Shown here in pieces: positions 37,956 through 50,682 of a DNA stretch of 64,000 bases. The notes under the pieces were generated by a model. The model saw nothing but the letters and a program-made list of their open reading frames with translations. It did not search any database and was not told the DNA's origin. The stretch is taken from positions 1,302,001-1,366,000 of the forward strand of contig AP026125.1 in assembly GCA_030295235.1 (NCBI GenBank). Direction: 5' to 3'. The first letter of the stretch is position 1, and the number at the start of each line of letters is the position of its first letter. The position numbers and the translations under genes were made by a program. The DNA is from Fistulifera solaris. Lineage: Eukaryota.

Positions 37956-40192
37956 CTACCAGCTTCCATTTTCAATGCTCAGTGCGCGCGATCTCTTTAA
38001 CGTGTTCGCCCATGTTTCGTGCAAAGATGCTCGTTTATCATCAATACTTGGCTCCTTGAAAACGGATGATTCTGCCGATTTGTTTGAAATATCCGAAGCG
38101 TTCGAATCATAACTCATTGGCTCAAAAGAACGGTCGTCACCTCCTTCATGCTCGCGAAGAGAATCGTTGTCACTGTCGTCGCCTTCGCTTTCAGCGTCCG
38201 TGTCGGACGAGTCGTCTTCTTCGAGAATTTCATCCTGCTCTAAATCAGCGTTTTCTTCATTATTATCATCATCCGAAACCGAAGACGGCAAGGGTTCTTC
38301 CCAGTGACCGTAAAAAGGTTCAACGTGTTTACTTGATCGGTGTAACAAATATGGATCAAAGGAAAGAACGAATCCAAGGGATTCATACCATGACCCATAC
38401 CTCCAACACCTCCTGTTTGACGCTCTTTCTCCAAAGTAGCCGGAGTCGAAATTGTAGAGCGGCGTTTCTTTCGTTGTTTCCCTGCCTCGGACGCCAGACG
38501 TTTCTCTTCGGCAACTAGTTGACTCAGCACTTGTTCGCTTATCAAATCAAAGTTTTTAGAAATCAATAGGAACTCAGATCGGACACTTTCAAGGCAATAT
38601 CGAAGCGGCTGCAGTGGATGCTCGCACAGCCTAGTCCATCGCTCGGCGCTAATATCGATTCGAGACGGCTCGTAGTACGCCGAGTCCGACGAAGAAATAG
38701 CGTTGCGGTGGAATTCGATCGCATCGACACCACGGAAACACATGATGTAAAAGCTAGACTGGCAGACCGTGTAAAAGAGCGAATGCAAACTGCACTGATT
38801 TCGTATGTCCACTGCATAAACAGCAGACGATTGCAAGGTTGCGACATACGCTTCCGCCCACCGAAGTAAGGCGGATACGGCCTCACAGATTGTCTCGGCA
38901 CAAACGTAAGTAGCGCGGCTGACGAAGGAGGCCAAGTAGCATGCCGCGCATTGTCGGATGGCGATAGCACGGTACGGATCTAAAATGATTTCAATGAGTT
39001 TTGACGCATACTCTCTGTAGAGAAGAGATGCCTCCGCATCATGTTCCATCTGCCTGCTTTCCAAACCGCACAAATGCAGAATAAGAAACTGCACGAACTT
39101 GGACTTGTGCGTAATTAGAATTGATTTCTCAAACGATCGCAACAGAATACTGAAAATATTGTACGCATTGGAAAGATCTTGTTCGCACCGACTTTCAATG
39201 TACTCAAACAGTATTTTCATGATGGAATCCAGCCGGTCCGCCATTTCATCCACAGTTGCGTCTTCCGGAAGGACCTCCTTGGCTTTTTCTTCTAAATCCA
39301 ACTGGAAGATACCAGGATCATGGCTATCGCGATCAATCGACACTTCTCCTCCATCATTGATCTTGATTTCGACATCCATTTCCAAACACCGATCAATCAT
39401 CAGTGCGATGAGTTCGCCTTCCATGGACGCAATGTACTCCAGGACATCGAGACAATTCTTGTAGTACCATCGAAGAGACGACTCTTCTTTCTTCCGAAAT
39501 GGTGTATTGGAAGATACAATGGGAAACATTTCCATTTTCCCCGTAGGACACATGAACATGATCGTAGCTAAAGCCGCGTGCACGCGATACCATCTCTCCT
39601 TCGACGCATCTTCTTGTGTTATAAGAAGCTTCCACAAAGCGGAAATAGTAGGAACCAGCAACGTCGAATTGGCTGAAACAAGAACAACCAGCAAATTAAA
39701 GTGAGCATCGACTAAGGTGAGATCAATGATATTGTTGTTCTCGTCCCCTTCTTCGGCACTCTGAGCGAACGGATCAAATCGCACAATCATGTGTATTAAT
39801 CTCGCATGTTTCTTCGAAACGCTAGTCAGGCAATGTACTGTATTCTGACTAGTTCTCATGGCGAGCATGATCTTTTTCAGTAGCGGTAAATCGTTTTTGA
39901 GTCGAAACGCATCGGTCAAAGCTTTATAGCCCTTGTTGGGAGGAAGATCTGCACCTTGTTCGTGCTGTTCTTGCACGGCTTTGGATACAAACGACTCAAT
40001 CGGACCGAATTCACTTGGTGGAGGAAGTTCGCATTTAGGAAGGACGAATTTTGATTCTGGTCGAACTAGATTTGCGTCTATACATTCGTGCAGCGGAACC
40101 ATCAATTGTTCTGTTTGGTCTTTTATTCTGTTCTGTTCCACTTTGACATCAATTTCGACGCTACCTTCGGCTGCTAAGTCTCCGTCTGTCAT
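37956..40192 (-). CDS. RRN3: RNA polymerase I initiation factor RRN3
   Basis: HKSKFVQFL, AACYLASFVSRA, FYTVCQSSFYIMCFR, PLRYCLESV and NPLDSFFP(FDP); acidic tail. Frameshift ~38358. Confidence 0.92.
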
Positions 40193-40685
40193 TCTCTTGT
40201 TTGTTGATAAAGAAAGAATATGTGTAGATGATTAACGAATGGCTGGTTGCGCCACAATGATATGAGATGATGAGGTCGCTAATAAAGAACGACAGCAATA
40301 ATGGTGGAGGGAGAAGAAATAAGGCACGGTGCACGCACGTACTGTACTGGGTGGTAGAGATTTGGCCGTGTTTAATCCGGGACTGTGGTTCAGTTTAGTC
40401 GGAAATCTTCAAGCCCGCGAGACTACTTTCTATGCTACAATAATTCCCATCCATGTTTTTATGTTTTTGGTTTACAGAGGGCAATACTTGGCGGTTTTCA
40501 TCCTTCTAATCATAGTATGTCTTCTTTTTGCTTCTTAATTCATCAGCGTACATTATAATTTATACAGCGTTTCATCTGGTATTGCAGCAAGGAACGCTTC
40601 GTCGCAGTATTTCGCTCGTTCCTTTCCAAAATTGCAAGCCGTCAGTTTCGACGACCTCTTTCGAAGGAACAACAACAGTAAAACC

Positions 40686-42430
40686 ATGGCGGACCCGGGT
40701 GAAGACCCGGGTGTGGCACGACTGCCAAATGAGGAACAAGTCGATACGGATGCTTACGAAAATTTAGAATTATCGTTTGATGATATAGAAGGCGAAGATC
40801 TGATGGCTCGTATTGATCCTCCCATGACGACACACGAACCCGACGACCTGAAAAGAAAGCATTCGATGATTTTTGGTGGATATGCTGATTCGGGAATGGG
40901 TGAAGATTACATATTAGGGACACTTATAGTCAGGGTGGTGGCGGCTAGAGGCTTAGAATCGGTTGGCGGCGGAGGATTCGGAAAGCTTTTGTTTGGTGGC
41001 GATGCCCGCAATCCGCGATCCTCCGGAGGACGACAGGCTGCGCGAAAGGCGGGCTCTCCGAATCCTTATGCGAGCGTCCGTTTCGGCACAACAACTCAAC
41101 GCACTTCGGAAGTATATAATACTGTAGATCCGATCTGGCCGAGAGGAGAATCTATGTACATGGATGTTGTGCAACCGAAATGGGAACAATTGTCGGGAGA
41201 AAGTTCGGATGTCAAGTCGAGTTCCTCTTCCGATGATAGCTTGGGAAAACGGTCTAGCAAAATACATTATGGGAAGAGTTCGCGAGAAATGGTACAAAAA
41301 CACAGAGAAGTAGCGAGACCCATATTGACGGTGGCAGTGTTTCACGCCAGTGAGGGCGGCAAAACTCTCAAATTTCCCGACAAGAGTCAAGCGAGCGGCG
41401 ACAGTGATGACAAATTTCTCGGTATGACTGCTATTGACCTTACTGAATTAATTACAGGCAAAATCAGATCGTACGATGAATGGCTGTCGTTGAACGGGTC
41501 GAAATCGGATCGTGCTGAAATCCGAATTTATTGCGAGTACGAACCCAGCGATGGACGAATTCAAGCCGGTGACATGGTTCGATTTACCGATTACTGCCAT
41601 CCGGCCGATATCTATCCGCTTTTGACGGGCAAGAAGTACAAAGTTGCGGAAGTAGAAGGAGACGACGTGATTGTGTCGCACGTCACGCCGGAGGGCTGGA
41701 TGACTTCCTTTGTGCCCACCGGAACATGCTGATTTGTGAGGAACGTCACGTGGATGCCATTGATGTGGCACATGGTGAGCTAGCCTCGATCACCGCTAGA
41801 TTAGCTCATTCACCACTGATGGAAACGTTGAGTCAAACCGTGCAACGCCTCCCAGATGAAGGGCTGGTCAATGTCGGTGTCGATGCAGTTCGAGGTGGTG
41901 CTCATTTACTGACACGGTGGCTGGAAAATGGTTTTGGTACGGCTCTTGGGGATATTGCGTACGCCACCAACTGGGATGGACGTTTTAATCCGGATATTGC
42001 CGATACTCTTTCCACCACATCCTTGGAAGATGACGATGCTTCAAGTCGACGGCAAGAAGCCCTGCCTGAAGATAGGAAACTTCCAGCGGCTGAAGTCGTC
42101 CTTGATACTCCAGATATTGAACCGCTACCGAATATGCCATCTTGTCCTATCACGGGAGAACCCATGCGCGAACCAGTGGTTGCTGCAGACGGACACACCT
42201 ACGAGAGAAGTGCGATCGCGAGGTGGCTTCAAGCGAGTGACAAGAGTCCTCTGACTGGTTCGGTGCTGTTGCACAAAAATCTTGTTCCGAATTACATGTT
42301 ACTTTCCAGTCTGCAGGAAGCAAATGACGGTAGGTCTGGTGCAACTTGCGAAGAGGTTGTTGCGGCATCCGTGAAGCAATTACCCGATGATAGTATGGAC
42401 GAAGCCACGGCAGAAGTGAATATTGACTAA
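40686..42430 (+). CDS. C2-domain plus U-box protein (putative E3 ligase)
   Basis: C2: GTLIVRVVAARGL, PNPYASVRFG, DKFLGMTAIDL. U-box: CPITGEPMREPVVAADGHTYERSAIARWL..SPLTG..LVPNYML. Frameshift ~41715. Confidence 0.88.
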
Positions 42431-42435
42431 ATCGA

Positions 42436-43283
42436 TTATCTGTTAGACCTTATTCTTTTGTACACTAAGGTTTCGTACGCAACTCCTACATCACCCTTTG
42501 TCGAGACATGTTTCTCTCGCGAGATAATTCGATATTTATTATCCCATCGATACCGGGACGGAAATCGTGCGTAGTTTTGGGCACCTGTAATCGTCACGGG
42601 CTTATCGACCAATGTCAAATGCACACGTTCCGCCGACGGATGCTGAAGCGCCTCTTGATACAGTCGCTCTCCGCCTGCAATCCAGCAAAGTAAATTGTCG
42701 TCACATTCGTTGTCGGTATTCGCTTTCAGTGACTTGGCAAGAGTATTGGCCATTTGCAGCGCCAGGTCGAAGGAATGAGCCACATGCAACGAATCTCCAG
42801 CTAAGTTGGTCAATGTGTTAGAAACAACTATACTGTGGGCACAATGAGATATATGTCGCTGATTCTTTTCTTCTTCAAATGTATGTCGCCCAATGACTAG
42901 TATTTTGTCGCGTGTCAAAGCCTTGAACATTTCTCGTTCTTCCGGCAAATTCCAAGGCAAGGTCCCGTCAAATCCGATCACATTGTTTTCTCGTGCCGCG
43001 GCAGCCACGATACCGAATCGGAAGTCTATGAGCTTTCTTTCTTCGTTTGTCTAAGCCATTAAAGTGAGTTAATGATGTTGAAGCGTCCTCCTCGTGATGC
43101 TGACGGCCTACTTACTGTTTCATCGTCCGAGTTGTTGCGCGCGTTTTCGCGTTGTTTCTTGTTCGGTGACTCGGATGCCGCACACCAGGAGAGTTCTTTC
43201 ACAGCGAAGTGTCGTGACTGATTCCAGAATTTCTTCTCCAAGGCGCTTCGAAAAATAGTGTGACGCAATGAAATGAATGACAT
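42436..43283 (-). CDS. Monofunctional dihydrofolate reductase-like protein with N-terminal extension
   Basis: GIVAAAARENNVIGFDGTLPWNLPEE..FKALT..ILVIGRHTFE, WIAGGERLY, VHLTLVD. Phase-0 intron 43051-43115 joins exon MSFISLRH...DDET. Confidence 0.85.
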
Positions 43284-43671
43284 GGCGAATTCGAAGTTGC
43301 TCGTACAAAATCAAATCAAATATCAGTTGCTTTGTTGGTTACGCCGCGGGCGTCAAATGAACATAGTTGGTTTCGCAGTCTCTAATTGTAAGAAAAATGG
43401 TTGTAGCTTCATTGTTAGTTGTGATAGAAAGTGTGATGCTCCTCACTTTTTATCGACAAAAAAATGAAGGCGGGCCGTCGGTGTCTGACCGCCAGTCGAA
43501 CGTCGATATTTACGCGCAACGAGCAACGCGCAAAACACGCAACCATTTGCTTTTTTCGATCATAACAACGCTCGCATTCATTGTTTCTTTCACGACGAGG
43601 GCAACCAAACAGGATTGAAAGTACTTCCATCGTCGAACATAGATTGTCTTTCATCTTAAATTGCTGAACAG

Positions 43672-44068
43672 ATGGTGGACGCAAAAAAGTCGGGTGGCCT
43701 CAAAGGCATTCTGCAGCGAACCGGAAAATTCTTTTACTCCGGTGGCCTTTACGCCTACCAGTTCGCGAAAGTAGGATACGTTTACGGTGGAAAGGTTGCA
43801 TTCTCCGTGGCTACGACTTCTATGATTGTTCTAATGCCTCTTTTATTTGAAATTGCGAGGGAGGGTCAGGTACGTGTTTGAGGGGCAACACGTGAGTCTC
43901 GTGAGGAGTCTATCTTATTGTCTTTTATCGCACCAGATGATCGAAACAGAACGAGCCCAGATTAAGGATCTGAAAAGCAAAGGTTATTCGGAACGTCAAC
44001 TTCAAGAAATGGGATTTAGTGAATCTGCTTTGTTTCAACCTTCCGTCGCTTCTCTTCAAGCTAAGTAG
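43672..44068 (+). CDS. TOM22: Short TOM22 (Tom9-type) mitochondrial import receptor
   Basis: GGKVAFSVATTSMIVLMPLLFEIAREGQ transmembrane motif; intron 43870-43936. Confidence 0.8.
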
Positions 44069-44449
44069 ACAAAGAGACTATTATTGGATGATGATTCACC
44101 TACCCTACTTTGCCCAGGTTATGACTTGCGACGGACATCATCAATGCGTCTATTGTTTGCCGCAGGCTACTCGGAACCGGCTCAGCAACCCTACATACCC
44201 TAATATACCCTAAATAAAAAAGTTGGTTTTTCAACACACGCACGACAACTGATGTATCGCTTTTATGTATGCTTCAGACAGCGACAATGTCTTTTGAATG
44301 CAAAGCTTGCTCAATCATTATCGTCACTTTAGCTGCATCGGTGATGTATTTGCACGTCGGATCGCGCTTCGCCGTAGCGAGTTCCCCGAGTTGGGACCGC
44401 AACGATCTGCAAGAAACGTTAGCATAAAATAGCGAGGTGTAAATAACAC

Positions 44450-44846
44450 ACACTGGTGGCGGTAATATTGTCGTGTTAAAGACACATGTAGCTTTCCAGG
44501 CTAACAAAACAACGGGTGTGTAAATCTTAGTCGGGCTTGGGAAGGTGATGATTCATGACTGAAACGCAGTCGTGGCGAAAACGGACGACACTTAAGGTCT
44601 ATAGTAAATTTACTTCGGCATGAGGAAGCGACGTGTGCATAGTAAGCATTGGTGGCGATATTTATGTTGTGTTGTAAGTGTAAGCTCTAGCAAAACTGTA
44701 TGTGGGTGAATCGTATTCTGGCTGGGAAAAATAATATTGATTATTCATGACTGAAATGCGGTCGTGGCAAAGGTCGTCTACTCTGTGAGCTACAGTAGAC
44801 TTACAATGCAACGGTGATAATTATTCGGAGAGCTTTTCGACATCAA
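44450..44846 (+). repeat. Dispersed hairpin repeat family, degenerate dimer (~193-bp spacing)
   Basis: TTCATGACTGAAACGCAGTCGTGG at 44552 and TTCATGACTGAAATGCGGTCGTGG at 44745; TGGTGGCG recurs with the same period. Confidence 0.75.
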
Positions 44847-45508
44847 AAAGGTCTCTAGAGTCTAGTTGGGAACAAAATAACCGGAAAACCACAGAATGAG
44901 GACGTCTGAACACTGCTCACTGCTCACTGATCACTGATCATGGATTATTGTGGCCGTCGTATGCTCGTAGGGAAGGAGGGACAAAGACTAGAGGGCAAAT
45001 TCATTACGGTTGTGGTTTGGTTGTGTGTACCGGATGAGAATGACGAAATGACGACTGGCGGTTTGGACACTCATTGTTACTGTTAGAGTTGATCCGGCAT
45101 TGAAGTTTCTGGGAAACGGTGTCATGAATCTGTGTCCATTCACCAGCTGTTGCCATCTGTTCACCTATTGTTCGCCGATCCAAATTTCTACAGACTTTCG
45201 CTACCATGCGACATTTGTGCGCAAACTCCGTGCAAACGGTTGGGTGAGGCCGAGGAGGATGTTTTGATAACCTCGTGATCATCAGACTTGTTTGCTTGAT
45301 CAACAACAATAAACACAAACAAAAAGTCTATTGCATGATAATCACACAGCAGCAAATACTGGAAGTATTCATAACAATTATCAAGATAGACCGTGGACCA
45401 GATACTTGGAATATTATCGTGTTGACGCGTTTCATCGGATAAGTGACTGAGCGAGAGAATTTTTGAAATCGAGTTTTTGAAGTGTTCACGTTGGTGGGAA
45501 AGTGAACG

Positions 45509-47738
45509 ATGAATCATCATCAACCATCTGAGAAAGGTAAGGAAGGCTTATTATTTTAGGATAAAAAGCACCAGCGAATCCTACGTTTGATGCTCGATTA
45601 CTAATACATTGTCTCACAGGAGAGTCTTATAAAGGAAATAGACAAGGACTTGCATCTGCTCCAGTTTCGAGTCTACTCCCCCCGATTCCAAACAATACAC
45701 CAGCGCCTAGTTTACAGGCCCAGCTACTAGCTTTTGTTGCTAACAAAGTATATGCAGCACCTACTCCTCGGCCTTCTGCAGAAGAGGCTGTAGCTAACCT
45801 TCTTACTGCAGCTACAGCTGGAGGTCTAACCGGAGGTAGCCAACCATTTCATGCCCTCACGCAAGCGCAGCCAACGACAATACGCGACTGGACAGTCGAA
45901 AAACTGGGTAAGTGGTCTTGAACAAAGTGAAAGGTTGTTTCCTTGTATCAACGACGCTGATCCCTATTCTCTTTTTTACAGAAAAACATGTGAAGTTACT
46001 CACTCAATTGCAACAACCAGTACCGCCGAATATCTCGATCATGCTTTCGGAGATGAAGCGCCGAGAAGAGAAGAAGCACGCGAAACGATTGGCTAACAGA
46101 AAGTCGGCTAGTACTTCCAGAGCTAGAAAGAAGGCGCTTGTGCAAGAAATGACAGAGCTCAATGCTCGGCTAAAACGACAAGCGCTGATTCTCTCGCTCT
46201 TACCCGATCTTGTGATCGTTGTAAATCTTGATGGAGTTGTTACTTTCTGCAATGAGCAAGTTGAACGAGTTCTCAGTCATAAAAGTTCTGATCTGGTCGG
46301 CACAAAGCTCGTAAATATTCTTGTGCCTTCGTCGAGACGGAGATTGGAAAACCTTATGAAGACGTTGTCAAAATCTAGTCACCGCGACCCAATATCGGAG
46401 ACTACTCTTATTGAACGCGATGAAACCACTAGACCCGGCCCTGATCTGAACTGTGCTGAAGAAGCGGCAGGCGCGTCGCAGGAAGTTGCGGAAATCTCAT
46501 CTAGTGACGTAGCAGCTTGTGCTGCAGGACAGTCCACATTCCCATTATCTGTAGTCCAAGTTGCTACTCTTCCACAGAGAGGATCTTCATCTTCCGGTGG
46601 TGGATCGGATGAAAACGAGAATTCCGACGAAAGCGGTGGTAATGCAGAGGGAAAAGACAGCAAACAGGCATCGTCGTTGACAAACAGCGGAACGATATCG
46701 GGATCGTCATCGCTGCGGCCTCAATCGTCGTCTTGCCTGGATAATAATGGATTCGATAGTGTGTCTATGATGAAAGACAAGCCAGCTAGTGACTCTGCCA
46801 TGGGTGCGAATCTCAAGTCATCCAAAGACTCAGCTAGCTGTGACATTTCTAACACGAGCTCCTTATCGACCTTAAAAAAGTTACGAAGTGCAAACGACAA
46901 CTTGATCATAAACGTACGGTGGCATAATCGAAATATCAAGGACAACAAGAAGGCGGGGACATTCAAAGACGACGTCACGGGAGATGATGTGACAGCGAAT
47001 AATGCCTCCGCGAGACTTTCTTCCTTGCGGCATCATAGGGAATCTTCATCTGAAGAAGATTCCGGTTACAGAGAGTCTAACGAGTCCCGAGAGGAAACAT
47101 CATCCTCTACCAGTGATCTTTCGGATACAAACGGTAAGTAGTTGTGAAGCCAAAATTTGTGCCAAAGTTCTACCATAGCTCACACCATACCTCTAGGTCG
47201 ACGCAAGCCTGTTGCTCCCACTTGTAACTTATGTCTCATCAGGGCAGACATGTCGACAATTCGTTGCGAAGTGACTTCGTCTATACAAACCCGTGTTCCA
47301 GAAGACGATCTCGACGACGACATGAAGTCAAAGAAAGCTCCTTCTGGAAGTGACACAGATACCGCCCATGAAATCAAGAGCGAATCTTCATCGTCGAAGG
47401 AACCGATCGTAGAGATCTTGCTCTGTATCCGACCCATTCGTGACGGGACCGTTCGTGTCGGTAAAAAGCAGGGAATGAAGAAGGCTCGTCTCGATCGTGA
47501 AGGTACGGCAAAAACGGTCTCCGATTCTAATATGGGGGAAGGAACTAGTCAAGATACCAGCAATAGCTCAGAGGAATCGTCTAGAGAGCAGTCGCATTCC
47601 CAAAAGAAGCGATTAATAGAAGAAGTTTCATCTGATTGTGATCACTTGGGGAAGAAAGGCAAGCTTATAAGTGAGTCAGAACAACCTAATAACGATGCCG
47701 TAGAGTCCCTCATGTCGATGTCTTGCACAAAAACATAG
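45509..47738 (+). CDS. bZIP-PAS transcription factor
   Basis: KRLANRKSASTSRARKKALVQEMTELNARLK immediately followed by PAS (LPDLVIVVNLDGVVTFCNEQVERVL). Introns 45537-45619, 45908-45981 and ~47134-47195. Confidence 0.9.
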
Positions 47739-47823
47739 TAAGAGGTTTGTACTACTGATAATGTATTGTCTATTTTTCGTTACTATCGATAAACACTTCA
47801 TCTGCGCCCTCGCTTGTTCGTGT

Positions 47824-49352
47824 TCAACTAAAGTCCCTGTTGGGGAATAGGCGAGGAGCCATCAGCGTCCACACGTAAAGCGACAGAACGAGCCATTGCG
47901 ACGCAATTATCATCCACATGCTAATTCTCCCTGTCGACGAGTCCACTATAGTTCCGTCGCCTGATATTTCTCCCCAGCGTGTCAGGACCACACTTTTCCA
48001 GCATGTAACAGAAGCAAGAACAAAATTAAGACGCCAAGAATTAGAGAATTTTCTTGGGTCGCCGTCGCTCTGTGCTAAGGTGCCTTCATCGTTGTTCTTC
48101 TCCGTCTCGTCGTCTCCCGTGACCACGCCCATTACATTCCGTCGCTCTCCTTCTGATCCCGTGTTTCCAGTCTTTTCAGGCGTCTCAATCTTGTCATCTG
48201 TACTGTTTCTCTTATCAGGATTGAACTTATCTTCTGCCGTGTAGGACCATCCCGCCCAAGCTAAGCTGATGAAAGTGACAATCACACCCAGGATTATTGT
48301 CAGCGTTTCATCCTGTCCGAGATTTGGATTGCAGGCTTCATTCGGATTTCGTGCCACAGCACTGTAGCACAAAAAAGCAAGACCAAGCCATAAGGAGGCT
48401 ACTTGACAGTAAACTCCCTTCATCACCCGACAACTGGGCGGCGTGGACCATGACCGATAAAATCAACGTCATCGCAATAAACGAGTTGTTGCTGGCACAG
48501 CCGGTAAATTCCATAAACATGTAAATCATCATTCCCAATGAAAACAAATAATTGATACCACACGCACAAAGGATAGCCCTTAGCCAATTTTTTTCCGCTG
48601 CCAGCTTCTTCGGCCTCCGCTTCGTTCGATTTGGTGACCCAACTGTCATTCCAATTGTACGCCATATCCAAAATGATGAGCTGTTGCGCAATGATGAAAA
48701 TCACACCACCAACTAATTAAGTTGAGTTAAAAGCGTCAGATGAACTCGCAAGAAATTTGTAACCACCACACCATGCAACTTACTGCGCGCTATATTGAGA
48801 AAGATGGAAGCAAAGAGTGGTTCATTCGGAATGAAAGCGGAAATGAGAACCATGAATAGATAAAGAGTATATTTTGCAGGCCACGCTTCTCGATTAGCGG
48901 TCGGCTTCAGAATTGCGGCAACACCAGCCAGGCAAAAGAATAGGAAAGTAGCACATGATACTCGAAAATTCCCATTGTTGCCGACGCAAACTTTTTCAAG
49001 ATCGGTAGATAGACCCTCACAACCGTCCAGCCAGGCATCGGTGAGCACATTATTCGAGGTTGAACTCACTATTTGGTCCGCTATTCCATATTGGAAGGCT
49101 AATGACAAGCCAATAGAAAGAATCAGCAGCGCTACCGATCGCTTGCGTCCTGACGTTGCACTCGGAGGAACGGTGGATAGTTTATCATTCCCGCAGCAAG
49201 ATGAAAACAACGAAGAACATGCTTGGCAGAAGCACCACGAAACGGATGTGGTTAAACAAACAGCGATAGTTGCCTAAGAAGACGAACAACTAGTTAGGTT
49301 CGGATACATTGAGAGCAGCAATGACGTCAAGCAGAGCATTCGATCCTACCAT
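47824..49352 (-). CDS. SERINC: Serine incorporator (Serinc) membrane protein
   Basis: Cys-rich N-terminus, FIIAQQLIILDMAYNWNDSW, GSLLSSS, SQWLVLSLYVWTLMAPRLFPNRDFS. ATG-only first exon (intron 49274-49349); intron 48713-48783; frameshifts. Confidence 0.92.
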
Positions 49353-50682
49353 CACTACAATTTGCCGTCACGAAAGTGATGACTGCCAGTTTAGTGTGTT
49401 CAAACAAGAATGATTCAAAAGAAGGAAAATTTAATCAGCAGAATTACGCAATACCTGGTAGTCATATCATTCATCCACCTTCAATCATCATCGCATCATT
49501 CATCATTCGTTCAAAATATTTGTCCATCATGCAGTCACGCGAAGAAGCACGACTAAAACCGTCTTGGATATACTGATCTTTTTTAACACATCGAAAGGGT
49601 TAAGGTTATACTTTAGCTAAGGTGATTGTCGGAGCTATTTTCCATCTCCCATTTTGTCTCAAATTTATCAAAGGTTAGCTGATGATCCGCTTCACGTTTG
49701 ACGAATAGATAACTGGCTTTAAATTACAAATTTCTCACGATAGTCAAGAGGTATATGGACAAGCACAAACTAGACCTAGAGAAGGCCAAACCGTTTCCGA
49801 GTTTTATGCGTCAGTCTCCGTCATGTAAACCTTAACGGCGGTCACTCCGACATCGGAATTTTCTCCGCGCAAAAATTGCGGGGAATTCTCAAATTCTCAT
49901 GGAATCCCAACTCCTCGCATATCCTTAAGAAATAAGTAGGTATCTTGACACCGTGACATCAGCCAGCAATATAGGCCAATAAGTAGAAACCACGCGAAGC
50001 GAATGATGAATCTTCTCTTCTAGCTTAGAGATAAGAGCACGTGTGAATGGTGATGTCTGTCGCTGTGACACCGCCATCAAGGTCTGATTGCTCGACTGTT
50101 TTGTTTGCCGTTAGTGTAAGGAATTCTACACATAGAGGCACAGTCCACTTAGATCGCTGACGGCATGCGGAAGATGAGCGTATGGTAGGCTTTTTACGTA
50201 AAGTTACTCGTGTCCAGCCTACACATTCTCGCATAGAAAGCGTGTTCGTGATATGATACGGCGATCTGAGCGAGAGCAGGGCAAAAAAAACCGCAAAGGG
50301 AGACCATTTGCTCGAAACTCTCAAAAGAATTGTGGCTCACTCCTTGTCTGCAAATCGTTATCTTTTGTTCTTTGTTGTTTCTATTTAAACGAGGTGACTC
50401 TTTCGGATATCGTGTTGCTTTGCCTGTGGTCAAGGGCGCCGTCGCCGCAATCAAAGATCTTGAGCTTCTATTCCGAGAACAACACCAAAAGATCGCCTTC
50501 TTCGATCCGTTAACTTTTTCATATCGTGGCATATCAACTAACTACTGCGCGTGCTCTTCAATTATCACCCCGATCAGGGTGATACGTTTTACAACGAAGG
50601 CATAGCCGCTTCCATTTTATCAGATTCCCCGATCGTGTGTCACACACTTTCCTAACCTTTTGATACGATCACCTCTTGCAAG

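Noticed and set aside
50025..50605. Small ORFs upstream of PI4K-gamma
   Set aside because: No recognisable motifs; likely 5'UTR or promoter sequence.
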